64,000 nt of DNA from Candidatus Margulisiibacteriota bacterium (GCA_003242895.1 QKMY01000023.1:1982-65981); one strand, 5' to 3'. Shown: positions 37,869 to 47,293, numbered from the stretch's first letter. Notes: a model not told the origin generated them from the sequence alone. Translations and numbers: made by a program.

Positions 37869-40017
37869 AGTTAGAATAGGAATCGATGTCGGGGGGACTT
37901 TTACTCATGCAGCGGCTCTCACTGCGGATCGGTTCGCTCTCATTGCTCAATCGAAAGTTCCGACAACTCACGATGCCAAGGAAGGCGTGGCGCTTGGCAT
38001 AATTCATGCACTTCGGGAACTCATGGAATTGGGCAACATTAATCCGGACCAGATTTCTTGCATTGCCCATTCGACGACACAAGCTACTAATGCCTTATTG
38101 GAGGGCGATGTTAGTCCAGTTGGAATTATAGCTGTAGGCTGCGGCATTGAGGGTAAAATGGTAAGGGCTGAGACTATCCTTCAGCCAATTGAACTTGCGC
38201 CGGGACGTTTTTTGACCAGCTATCACAAATATATAGAGCTTGAAAAGGGCGCTCAAGTTGATCCTTTGACATTAGCAACAGCTATCGAAGAATTGAAACA
38301 AAACGGTGTAGCAGCAATTGTGGCAGTTACTGCTTTTAGTGTTGATAATCCGGTAATTGAAAACGAGATTGCAGAAATAGCACGGGAACACGGGTTGCCG
38401 GCTACTGCGACGCATGAAATTTCTTCCCTTTATGGGCTTACAGCCCGAACCCGTACTGCGGCTATTAATGCAGCGATTATGCCAAAAATGATCTATACCG
38501 CAGATATGACCAAACTCGCAGCGCTCTCCATGAACATCCATGCGCCATTAGTTGTGATGCGTTCTGATGGTGGTGCTATGAATATTGAAGAAATGAAGAA
38601 GCGGCCGATTCTGACGCTTCTTTCCGGACCAGCCGCGGGTGTTGCCGCTGCGTTGATGGCAGCCAAGATCGCGGATGGCATATTTCTGGAAGTCGGAGGT
38701 ACTTCTACTGACATTTCCTGTATTATTAATGGTCATCCGTCAATCAAAATGGCACGCATCGGAGATCACAAAATTTATCTTAATACTATAGACATTCGAA
38801 CAATTGGTGTCGCCGGTGGATCGTTAGCAGCGATAAAGGATAGCAAAATTGTTGGTGTTGGGCCCAGAAGTGCTCATATTGCAGGATTAAAGTACAGCGC
38901 TTTTGCCGGGCACGATAAAACTTTTGATACATCCGTCCCGAAGCTTATTTCCTTGAAATCCGATAGTTGTCAGTACCTTGCACTGGAGCATCCTGAGGAT
39001 AGGTCTCAGTGGACAGTGACAACCACGTGTGCGGCGAATCAGCTTGATCTGGTCCCAAAAGGTGATTATGCCGAAGGGAATAAAGAACTCGTAAATTCTG
39101 CCTTTAAAAAATTTTCTGATTTCCTGGGAACGGAGTCTCCCAATGCGCTTGCATCAGAAATTATGGAAATAGGGGCTGCTCCGATTATTGATACCGTAAC
39201 AGAAATTATCAGAGAGAAAAAACTTGAGATTTCACGATTAGCTCTGGTTGGTGGCGGTGGCGGTGCGAGTGTATGGATTAATTATATCGGGGGGAAAATA
39301 GGCTGCCAGTCGACGCTTGTTGAGAATGCACCTGTAATTTCTGCGATAGGTGCTGCGATGGCCCTACTACAGGAAACTGTCGAACGGACAATTATTGATC
39401 CGTGTCCGCAGGATTTCATAGATATTAGAGAAAAGGCTGAGACTTCGTTGATTCGTGGTGGCGCTAACCCGGAATCAATTGAGGTTAGGGTCGAGGTTGA
39501 TTCCCAGCGGGGCGTTTTGCGTGCTACGGCTGTTGGTTCTTTGCATATGGTCGTGCAAGAAGAGACGCTATCAGAAACCGAGCTGCTGTTGCGCGCGGAA
39601 AAGATCCTTAATGTATCGAAAGAAGATGTCGCATTAGTTGCGATGACTTCCAACTTTATTGTTTTTCAAGGTAAAATAATCAAGAAGCAATTTTGGGGCC
39701 TGATTAAGAAGCATCAGGAGCCTTGGACGGTTTTAGATCTGAGAGGACGAGTCAGAATGGGGGCTGCCCATGGTAAGATTCTCATCCTCAAATCGGGTCA
39801 ATTGGCGGCAAAACTCAGCGAGAGTGTCAATGAATATTCGATCTATGGGGATGGCGGACAGATACTTCCTTCGGTTTTTTTAGTAACGAATAGCCGGACT
39901 GTCGACCTTTCAGGTCTTGTAAGCGTTGAACAAATGATTTCTATTTGCCAGGAGGAACAGAAGCGATTAAGTGATGATGATAATGTTGTTCTTGCCATAA
40001 ATATAGATAATAGATAA
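37858..40017 (+). CDS. Hydantoinase/oxoprolinase A-subunit family (actin-like ATPase)
   Basis: Motifs GIDVGGTFTH, HSTTQATNALLE, MRSDGG, LSGPAAG, EVGGTSTDI, GVAGGS, VGPRSA and SAIGAA. Confidence 0.88.
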   Translation: MLNKVRIGIDVGGTFTHAAALTADRFALIAQSKVPTTHDAKEGVALGIIHALRELMELGNINPDQISCIAHSTTQATNALLEGDVSPVGIIAVGCGIEGKMVRAETILQPIELAPGRFLTSYHKYIELEKGAQVDPLTLATAIEELKQNGVAAIVAVTAFSVDNPVIENEIAEIAREHGLPATATHEISSLYGLTARTRTAAINAAIMPKMIYTADMTKLAALSMNIHAPLVVMRSDGGAMNIEEMKKRPILTLLSGPAAGVAAALMAAKIADGIFLEVGGTSTDISCIINGHPSIKMARIGDHKIYLNTIDIRTIGVAGGSLAAIKDSKIVGVGPRSAHIAGLKYSAFAGHDKTFDTSVPKLISLKSDSCQYLALEHPEDRSQWTVTTTCAANQLDLVPKGDYAEGNKELVNSAFKKFSDFLGTESPNALASEIMEIGAAPIIDTVTEIIREKKLEISRLALVGGGGGASVWINYIGGKIGCQSTLVENAPVISAIGAAMALLQETVERTIIDPCPQDFIDIREKAETSLIRGGANPESIEVRVEVDSQRGVLRATAVGSLHMVVQEETLSETELLLRAEKILNVSKEDVALVAMTSNFIVFQGKIIKKQFWGLIKKHQEPWTVLDLRGRVRMGAAHGKILILKSGQLAAKLSESVNEYSIYGDGGQILPSVFLVTNSRTVDLSGLVSVEQMISICQEEQKRLSDDDNVVLAINIDNR

Positions 40018-40117
40018 GTTCATCTTTTTTGAATATTTTTTGATGAAGAAACAAGAAGTAATTTGAAAAGAACTATTTAAGTTTTATTAATTAATAATAC
40101 AAACATAGGAGAAATTG

Positions 40118-40792
40118 ATGGGTAGGTTAACCGAAGTGTTGAAACAAAAAGGTTTTGTTATCGTTGTCAGTTTGCCAAGAAATGATAAAGACCTGGCAAA
40201 AGCGGCGTTTGAGTGTGGTGCAGATGCAATTAAGGTCCATATTAATGTCGAGCATAAGGCAAGCGGTACACGCTTCGGGAGTTGGTCGGAAGAAAAAGAG
40301 ACTATCCTCGATATAATTGCTTCCGTTGACTGTCCAGTCGGCTTGATGCCGGGAGCGACGATAACTCCTACTTACTATGAATTACAGGAAGCTTCAGATT
40401 GCGGTGTCGATTTTATTGATATATATGACTATGACATGCCGTTGTGGATGCTGTCCTTACAGAAGATAGGCAAAATGATTGCTGTCGGCAGCAATTATAC
40501 CTTGAATGATGTGAGATCACTAGAAGAAATCGGTGCTGATTTTATCGAAGCGTCAATCGTACCGTCGACATCGTACCGCCAACCGTTAACAGTAAAAGAT
40601 CTCGAAATATATTACACGATGACCCAGTCAACTTCGAAGCCAATTCTTGTGCCCAGCCAGAAAAAACTTGAACCGGCAGATGTCCCTTTGTTTAAAGAAA
40701 TAGGCATAAAAGGGTTGATACTGGGTACAATTTCTCTGGGAGATTCACCGCAGAGCTTCAGGGAAAGGCTTCCGCTATTTATTAATGGCTAA
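40118..40792 (+). CDS. Conserved hypothetical protein, probable TIM barrel
   Basis: VSLPRND..LAKAA..GADAIKVHINVEH, GADFIEAS and PILVPSQK...KGLILG give a beta/alpha periodicity; AGGAG RBS. Confidence 0.65.
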   Translation: MGRLTEVLKQKGFVIVVSLPRNDKDLAKAAFECGADAIKVHINVEHKASGTRFGSWSEEKETILDIIASVDCPVGLMPGATITPTYYELQEASDCGVDFIDIYDYDMPLWMLSLQKIGKMIAVGSNYTLNDVRSLEEIGADFIEASIVPSTSYRQPLTVKDLEIYYTMTQSTSKPILVPSQKKLEPADVPLFKEIGIKGLILGTISLGDSPQSFRERLPLFING

Positions 40793-42158
40793 GGTACTTG
40801 GGTTCATACCTCTCGACGATCGACCGGTTTCCCTGCAACAGTCAGTGATGCTTGCACAGATGGCTGGATATGAGGTGATGTTGCCGCCAATTCAGCTTCT
40901 TGGCCATAGAATGATAAGCGGTAATCCTGATGCAATTCTAAAGTGGTTCTTCGAAAATGTTTCCTCTGTAGATGGTTGGGTGATTTCTTTGGATATGTTG
41001 GCGTACGGGGGACTGGTAGCTTCTCGAGAGATAACTGAGGATCTGGCGTTAATACTTTTAAGATTACAGCGCTTAGCTTTGATTAAAATAGCCTATCCGA
41101 CCATTCCATTATACGCTTTTCAGTCTATCCGCAGACTTTCTACCACAGTTAAATCTTCTGATGATCTTGAAAAATGGGAAATTAGTCATAGAACCGGAGT
41201 CCTCAGTGACCTGCGTACGAGGAATCATAAGGTTAACCTGTATAGTCTGGAACAGTTATCGAAAAAAATATTTGATTTTGTTTTGCTATTGCAGGAAGAT
41301 GCTAATCTTGACGGTCCTCATCAGGAAGAACACAAAATATTGCAAGAATATATTAAGGAAAAAGGAATTTCTCAAAATACGTGCATAACAACTGGAACCG
41401 ATGAAGGATCTGCTGTCCTTATGTCTCGGTTAATGTGCGATTTAAGTAAAATAAAACCAAAGGTGTATGTTCTTTTTTCTTCTGAAAATGGCTCTCGCCG
41501 AGTTGCATTGTACGAAGACAGATGTATATGTGATACTGTGCGCGGGCAGATCAGAGCTATTGGTTGTGATACTTGTCTTGACCTGGAATCGGCCGATTTT
41601 GTTCTCGCTGTTTGGTGTCCGGATCATCCGGGGATCGACCTTATGTTCTCGAAGCCTTTTATGCCCAATGAACAGGATATCTCTGTATTTTTAGATAAAA
41701 TAAACATTTTAATTGAAGAGAAATACCCTCTTGTTATTGCTGATCTCGCATACTCTAATGGCTCTGATAAGGATTTTTGCGACAAATTATCAACACATAT
41801 CGAGATCTCCGGTTTGGCAGGCTATGCGGCTTGGAATACTGCAGCAAATAGTGTCGGGCATGCTCTGGCTCAGGGAGTACTTTCATTGAATAATAAAAGA
41901 TTTCTTGCTTTGAGGTTTTTGGAAGATTGGGGGTATCAGTCTGAGATTAGACCGGTGCTCAATGAGGTTCTTAAGACCAATGGCTATGATATTTGGAATT
42001 TAACTCCTGAACAGGTTAATTCAGCTGAGGATTTTTTGAACAAGGCAATGCGGGAATGGCAGCGAAAAAAGTTAGGTAATCAATTTGGAGCGGAATTATC
42101 AAACATTCGGTTTAACCTTCCTTGGCAACGAACATTTGAAGTGGAAGTTACGATATGA
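40785..42158 (+). CDS. DUF4127 family protein
   Basis: Motifs PLDDRP, SLDMLAYGGLVASR, GTDE, AD.AYSNG, YAAWNTAANSVG and RFLEDWGYQ. Confidence 0.85.
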   Translation: MAKVLGFIPLDDRPVSLQQSVMLAQMAGYEVMLPPIQLLGHRMISGNPDAILKWFFENVSSVDGWVISLDMLAYGGLVASREITEDLALILLRLQRLALIKIAYPTIPLYAFQSIRRLSTTVKSSDDLEKWEISHRTGVLSDLRTRNHKVNLYSLEQLSKKIFDFVLLLQEDANLDGPHQEEHKILQEYIKEKGISQNTCITTGTDEGSAVLMSRLMCDLSKIKPKVYVLFSSENGSRRVALYEDRCICDTVRGQIRAIGCDTCLDLESADFVLAVWCPDHPGIDLMFSKPFMPNEQDISVFLDKINILIEEKYPLVIADLAYSNGSDKDFCDKLSTHIEISGLAGYAAWNTAANSVGHALAQGVLSLNNKRFLALRFLEDWGYQSEIRPVLNEVLKTNGYDIWNLTPEQVNSAEDFLNKAMREWQRKKLGNQFGAELSNIRFNLPWQRTFEVEVTI

Positions 42159-43510
42159 TCAATGATTATGAATGTGATGTATTAGTTTGTGGCGCTGGTT
42201 CCGCTGGTTGTTGCGCCGCGATTGCTGCTGCCAGAAATGGCGTCTCGACAATAGTTGTAGAAGAATCAGACATAATTGGCGGGACTATCGTGCAGAGCTT
42301 GGTATATCCGTTAATGACTTTTCATGCGGCACCAAATCTTCAAGTTATCAAGGGAATTCCCGAAGAAATAGTTGGAACGGCTGTACGTGAAGGTAGTCAG
42401 GGTCATATTCCTGATCCGCTAGGATGTGCGCCGACAATTACAATGATTGAACCGGAACAATTCAGTTCTTGTGTCTACCAAAAAATGATGCAGGCCGGGG
42501 TTATCATTATTAATAATACGAAAGTTGTCAATATAATTCGCGATGAGCAAGCAATTATTGGAGTTATCGCCCATACTGATGATAATCAAATAGTATCTAT
42601 TAACGCTAAAGTGGTTATTGACGCTACAGGAGATGCCGATATTGCATGCCTGGCTGGGGTTCCATACGTATATGGCCGTATTTCTGACAATAAGACACAG
42701 CCTATGACGCTGATCTTTACGATGAGAAACGTTAATAATAATGTTGTGCGACAATATATCAAAGATAATCCTACTGAATTTGTTTTGAGTCATGAAGCCA
42801 GGAACAATATTGTGGAAGTTCCGTATTTAGCCGTGTCAGGTTTTTTTCGACTGGTCCGGGAAGCACAGCAAAAAGAGGGACTGGTTTCTTTCCGAGACCG
42901 TGTTTTGTATTTCGAAACAGCACAAAAAGGTGAAGTTTCTGTAAACATGACACGTATATTTGATATGGACGGATCGAATGAAAATGAGGTTGAAAAGGCG
43001 AGGGGAACTGCTTTATTGCAAGTTCAAGAATGTTACAGGCTATTCAAACACTATATTCCAGGTTTCGAAGATGCATATATTCATACTATTGCTCCTAAAA
43101 TCGGAGTTAGGGAAACGAGGCATATAGTTGGAAAATATACCTTGTCAGCACAAGATGTGTTGTCTGGCAGGAAATTCGATGATGGTGTAGCTTGCGGTGC
43201 CTTCCCGATTGACATCCACTCTCCCGACGGTTCAGCTATAAACATGCAAAAGATGCCTCAGGGCACATATTATACAATTCCCTATCGGTGTTTAATTCCT
43301 GAAAATATTGAATCATTAATTGTCGCTGGGAGGTCTATTTCAGCAACTCATGAAGCCAGTGCTTCCGCACGGTTGGCTCCTACATGTATGGCGCTAGGGG
43401 AAGCTGCCGGAACTGCTGCTGCTGTTTCTGTAAGGAAAAATACCAGGATTTCTCTATTGGACTCAAGCGAAATACGACAAGAACTTATTGGTCAGGGAGT
43501 CTTCTTGTAA
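42155..43510 (+). CDS. FAD-dependent oxidoreductase (FAD_oxidored-type)
   Basis: Motifs DVLVCGAGSAG..AAIAAAR.G, IDATGDAD, GVRETR, PIDIH, IPYRCL and AGRSISATHEA. Confidence 0.9.
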   Translation: MINDYECDVLVCGAGSAGCCAAIAAARNGVSTIVVEESDIIGGTIVQSLVYPLMTFHAAPNLQVIKGIPEEIVGTAVREGSQGHIPDPLGCAPTITMIEPEQFSSCVYQKMMQAGVIIINNTKVVNIIRDEQAIIGVIAHTDDNQIVSINAKVVIDATGDADIACLAGVPYVYGRISDNKTQPMTLIFTMRNVNNNVVRQYIKDNPTEFVLSHEARNNIVEVPYLAVSGFFRLVREAQQKEGLVSFRDRVLYFETAQKGEVSVNMTRIFDMDGSNENEVEKARGTALLQVQECYRLFKHYIPGFEDAYIHTIAPKIGVRETRHIVGKYTLSAQDVLSGRKFDDGVACGAFPIDIHSPDGSAINMQKMPQGTYYTIPYRCLIPENIESLIVAGRSISATHEASASARLAPTCMALGEAAGTAAAVSVRKNTRISLLDSSEIRQELIGQGVFL

Positions 43511-43551
43511 TTTCTTCGAGTCCGTTATCGTATTTCGTTCGATATATTACT

Positions 43552-44202
43552 ATGAGAGTATTTAACCTTAAAATTATCGCAGCACCTATAGAGAGCATCC
43601 GCGTTAAGTTTAATGATAGTGTTCAAGCTATTTCCCCTGATTCTTTTGAGGAAATATTCGGTATAAAATACACAAATAATCTGCATATTGATCCGGATAT
43701 AATTGATATTCACAACGTTGAATTTGCGAATATGAGTGTGACTGATAGGTTGGCTCTAATTTTAAACTATCTTAGAAATAGAAAGTATTATTATTTTATT
43801 GATAAGGGAATTACTGCAAATGTATATATTTCCTATATAAATGAAAGAATTGGATACGGATTATTTGCAGACGAGGATATCAAAAAAAATTCCTGGATCG
43901 GAGAGTATTCAGGTCGACTGCATTTGGCAAATGGAAAGAGAGAAGAGTCTGAATATGGGTGGCTCTATCCAACAATGAAAAACAATATCTTTACAATTGA
44001 AGCATCGAAGTATGGCAACTATACCCGATATGTTAACCATTCTTTTAAGCCGAATGTTGTCGCCAGAAGCATCTATTTTAAGGACTATTGGCACTTTGGC
44101 TACGTAGCAATTAAAGCTATTTCTAAAAATGAACAGCTATTAGTCAATTATGGAGATTTTTACTGGGAACGCCGGCTCGACACTCCGGAGATGACTTCTT
44201 AG
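43552..44202 (+). CDS. SET-domain protein-lysine methyltransferase
   Basis: Motifs GYGLFA, IGEYSG, NYTRYVNHSFKPN and EQLLVNYG..YW. Start moved to ATG 43552 to avoid overlap with the upstream gene. Confidence 0.9.
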   Translation: MRVFNLKIIAAPIESIRVKFNDSVQAISPDSFEEIFGIKYTNNLHIDPDIIDIHNVEFANMSVTDRLALILNYLRNRKYYYFIDKGITANVYISYINERIGYGLFADEDIKKNSWIGEYSGRLHLANGKREESEYGWLYPTMKNNIFTIEASKYGNYTRYVNHSFKPNVVARSIYFKDYWHFGYVAIKAISKNEQLLVNYGDFYWERRLDTPEMTS

Positions 44203-44308
44203 TATAGCTATTTTTGTAATTATTTTGCCGAATTATGATGCAAATAGTTACTCTTTAGAAATATTTACAAAAATATTTTCATAAACTGATGTATTTGTAA
44301 TCAGATAC

Positions 44309-44785
44309 TTACGCCGCAGCTAGTCCATGTTCTTCTGCTTTTTCTTTTTTTTCAACAAATTTTTTGCCGATTAAATAAATTTTTTGGTTACTTAATATAT
44401 TGAGCGCGATCTCGAAGAGCCTGTTTTCTTCAACTTGCATATGTCTCTCAATAATATTTTTTAATACCAGGAGTTTTGCTTTCCAACTATCGCTATCGAC
44501 AGGTTTAATATCAAGCTCATTTAACAATATATCCGCGATATGGTGTTCTTCAAGGGATTTAAGTACTTCAAAATATGACATGTGATTGTCTATAAAGGCA
44601 GAATAGAACTCTTTTTCTTCTAATCGCATGTGTAGCAGCAACTGCCTTTGAAGTTTGGAGAACGCCTCTTGCCTGGCTTTCCAGGCTAGCTCGTTCAGGC
44701 CTGTTAGGTTTGCTAGTGTTCTTCTGATTTCTTGATGATCTTTTCGAAGAAGCTCGAAGATGTTAGCTTTGTCTTTTTCTATCAT
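44309..44785 (-). CDS. Hemerythrin/HHE cation-binding domain protein
   Basis: Motifs DHQEI, HMRLEEKEFY, EEHH and HMQVEENRLF; AAAGGAG before ATG 44785. Confidence 0.85.
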   Translation of the reverse strand: MIEKDKANIFELLRKDHQEIRRTLANLTGLNELAWKARQEAFSKLQRQLLLHMRLEEKEFYSAFIDNHMSYFEVLKSLEEHHIADILLNELDIKPVDSDSWKAKLLVLKNIIERHMQVEENRLFEIALNILSNQKIYLIGKKFVEKKEKAEEHGLAAA

Positions 44786-45011
44786 TGGTTTTTCTCCTTT
44801 TTGGTAGTTTTTGGATTGATATTGTCTAGAACTATTCTTGAGAATTCTATTCCCAAAAAATATCTCGTCAAGCATAGATTAATATCTTATCTGCAAAGCT
44901 ACTGCAATTATAGGGTAATAACTAGCTGATTATAATAGAAATATTGTTAACATTATTAGTTTTTATTGGTATACTAGTAGTAACCAAAACTTTATAGAGG
45001 AGGGTCCGCAC

Positions 45012-45116
45012 GTGGCTAAATCAATGGATACCAAAAAAGAAGATAAGAAGAAACCTGCTAAAACCGTTAAAGAAAAAAAACAGGCAAAGCTAGAGAAAAA
45101 GAAATCGAAATCGTAA
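45012..45116 (+). CDS. Unannotated 34-aa lysine-rich microprotein (MAKSMDTKKEDKKKPAKTVKEKKQAKLEKKKSKS)
   Basis: Strong GAGGAGG RBS before the GTG start, 15 of 34 residues Lys, and a terminator directly downstream. Confidence 0.75.
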   Translation: MAKSMDTKKEDKKKPAKTVKEKKQAKLEKKKSKS

Positions 45117-45142
45117 TAGAATTAGATCTGGGAAATAATTAT

Positions 45143-45182
45143 AAAAAAAAGTAGGAGAATGATTTATTCTCCTACTTTTTTT
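45143..45182. terminator. Bidirectional rho-independent terminator
   Basis: A-tract, GTAGGAGAAT, loop, ATTCTCCTAC, T-tract, between convergent genes. Confidence 0.85.
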
Positions 45183-45194
45183 AGAGCCACATTT

Positions 45195-45581
45195 CTAAGC
45201 GATAGAGCTGGTTTTTGTTAAAGCGTGTGTGTCAACTTTAGAAGTGTTGTCATTAAAAACGGCTTGAGACTGCTGAATAAGGGACATTCCTTGGGCAGCC
45301 GCAGCATCATTCCCTACGGATTTTTCAAGGGTTTTCATGAAGTCCTCAAGGGTCATGCCACTTTTTTCTGCTTTGTCGAGGGCTGCTAATAAATTATCTA
45401 ATTTCTGGGCTAACTGTGGGTTTACTTTTCTGATTTCTTCAATTATAGATCCAATGGCAGCTTTTGCTTCGCTTATGCTGGAGAAGTTTTTAAGAAAGTC
45501 TTTTATATCATTTAGCGAATCGAGTTTTATTTGTCCGGCTTGTTGGTTGTCCAGCCCTTTTAGTCCTTCTATTTTTGTCAT
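45195..45581 (-). CDS. Hypothetical helical protein
   Basis: AAAGGAGG RBS, 128 aa, ends at the terminator. Confidence 0.75.
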   Translation of the reverse strand: MTKIEGLKGLDNQQAGQIKLDSLNDIKDFLKNFSSISEAKAAIGSIIEEIRKVNPQLAQKLDNLLAALDKAEKSGMTLEDFMKTLEKSVGNDAAAAQGMSLIQQSQAVFNDNTSKVDTHALTKTSSIA

Positions 45582-45605
45582 CGATATCCTCCTTTGTCAT
45601 TGCCA

Positions 45606-45619
45606 GTAACAATTGTTAC
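45606..45619. promoter_or_regulatory. Perfect 14-bp palindrome; possible operator
   Basis: GTAACAATTGTTAC, about 25 bp upstream of the start at 45581. Confidence 0.35.
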
Positions 45620-45722
45620 GTGCTTTCGTTATGCGTAATCAAACTTCTAATAGTAATATCGTGGATCTGTGCTTATTTCTTGTATTGAAATTTGTTGGTA
45701 TATTCTATAGTTAACCAGGTAA

Positions 45723-46511
45723 TTAATGTCCAGGTTTTGAAGTATGCGAAGTTTCTGCTTTTGTTGCTTGGTTATTGGTCTTGCCGCTGGTTTCTTCTGA
45801 TTTTTTTTCATCAAAGAATATAACATTGATTTCGATTCTGCGATTCTTAGCTCGATTAATGTTTGTATCATTTCCCGCCAGTGGTTTGTATTCTCCATAC
45901 CCGGTTCCAGAAAGCCTGTCCGGGGGGATGTTCTCCACTTTCTGCAGATATTTAATTATACTGTAGGCTCGTGAAAATGAGAGTTCCCAATTTGAGTCAT
46001 ATTCTTTATTATGAATAGGAACATTGTCGGTATGTCCTTCGACAAAAATAGGGTTCGGGATTGGCTTAAGTATTGAAGCGACTTCTTTTAAGATTTTTTT
46101 AGCCTGAGGGTTTAACTCAGCTTTGCCGGTTTTGAAAATAACCGGATCAGTAAAAACAATTCGTATTTTTTTCTCTTCTATTATGATATGGACGTAATTT
46201 TTTAGTTGTTGCTCGATTATTACTTTTTCAACTTTTTTAGCAATTTCGGCTTTTTTGGAATCTACTTGCGGCATACTAGGTGTTTGTGCTTTTTTTAGTT
46301 CATCTTTGAGCACTTTTGCGGCTTTTTTATCTACTCTTTCAAGAAAGCCTGTGCGAATCTCTTGTAACACAACCGACATATTCGTCTCTTCTTTGCTATT
46401 TGTAGCAAATATAAATAGTACTAGAAAAAATGCAAATAAGTTGGTCATCAAGTCAGCGTAAGAGGTAATCCAGCCTTCTTCAGCCTCTTCATGATGTTTT
46501 TTTCTCCCCAT
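45723..46511 (-). CDS. motB: Flagellar stator MotB (OmpA-like peptidoglycan-binding domain)
   Basis: TM WITSYADLMT; EGHTDNVPI, SNWELS..RA, GYGEYKP and NRRIEI. Confidence 0.9.
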   Translation of the reverse strand: MGRKKHHEEAEEGWITSYADLMTNLFAFFLVLFIFATNSKEETNMSVVLQEIRTGFLERVDKKAAKVLKDELKKAQTPSMPQVDSKKAEIAKKVEKVIIEQQLKNYVHIIIEEKKIRIVFTDPVIFKTGKAELNPQAKKILKEVASILKPIPNPIFVEGHTDNVPIHNKEYDSNWELSFSRAYSIIKYLQKVENIPPDRLSGTGYGEYKPLAGNDTNINRAKNRRIEINVIFFDEKKSEETSGKTNNQATKAETSHTSKPGH

Positions 46512-46513
46512 GG

Positions 46514-47293
46514 TTATTTCTTGCCTTTGTATTTATTGAGTTTTTGCTTGTCGCTTAAAAAACCTAGAAGGTATTTTTCTACTTTAATAGGTAGTTCTTT
46601 CTTTTGAATGAAAATTATTCCTTCGGCTATCATGGTTTTTGTTAACATTTCGTCATCATTCATGATTCTTAGCTTTATAGCAACTGGAGTAAATATTAAA
46701 CCGTTAGCTGCCGCACCGTATAGTGAAGCAATTAATCCCAAAGCCATCGCAGGACCAATCGCGCTGGGGTCATTCATGTTCCTAAGTACCATAACAATAC
46801 CGATAATTGTACCTAGAATACCAAGCATCGGAGCTATTGCCCCCATGTTTTTTACAATTGAAATAAATTTCAGGTGGCGGCTATCCATTTGATCCATATC
46901 ATTGGTTAATGCCGATCGTATGAATTCTGTATCCATGTTATCCACGATCATGTTTAATCCATGGATCATGAATGGATCTTTCAGTTTGTTAACTTCTTCG
47001 GCTAGAGCAATTTTCCCACCTGATTGGTTTATTTTGGCTATATTTACTAATGACGTAATAATAGCCTCCGGTTTTTGTGTTTTTGGTGGAATGACCAGAA
47101 AGCTAAAGACGCGTGCCAGGCTTTTTAATGTTTTAATGTCACTGCCAAGTATAGTAGCTACCAAACAGCCGCCAAATACGACTAGAAATGCTTTTATGTC
47201 TGCGTAGCTGTGTGGATCATGAAATATTTCCGGGGTACCAAAATATATAACGCCCATAAAACATAGTATTGCTAAGAACAATGATATATTCAA
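46514..47293 (-). CDS. motA: Flagellar stator MotA/PomA family
   Basis: Motifs LVVFGG, APMLGILGTIIG, DPSAIGPAMA..LYG and P.AIKL; TTG start after GGAGG. Confidence 0.88.
   Translation of the reverse strand: MNISLFLAILCFMGVIYFGTPEIFHDPHSYADIKAFLVVFGGCLVATILGSDIKTLKSLARVFSFLVIPPKTQKPEAIITSLVNIAKINQSGGKIALAEEVNKLKDPFMIHGLNMIVDNMDTEFIRSALTNDMDQMDSRHLKFISIVKNMGAIAPMLGILGTIIGIVMVLRNMNDPSAIGPAMALGLIASLYGAAANGLIFTPVAIKLRIMNDDEMLTKTMIAEGIIFIQKKELPIKVEKYLLGFLSDKQKLNKYKGKK

Noticed and set aside
43384..43551. N-terminal Cys-rich extension of the SET ORF (CCCCFC)
   Set aside because: It arises from an out-of-frame overlap with the Ala-rich end of the upstream gene; ATG 43552 is the more plausible start.
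45723..47293. motAB as Zorya ZorAB defence genes
   Set aside because: MotA is normal length with no long cytoplasmic tail, and there are no zorC/D/E-like neighbours.
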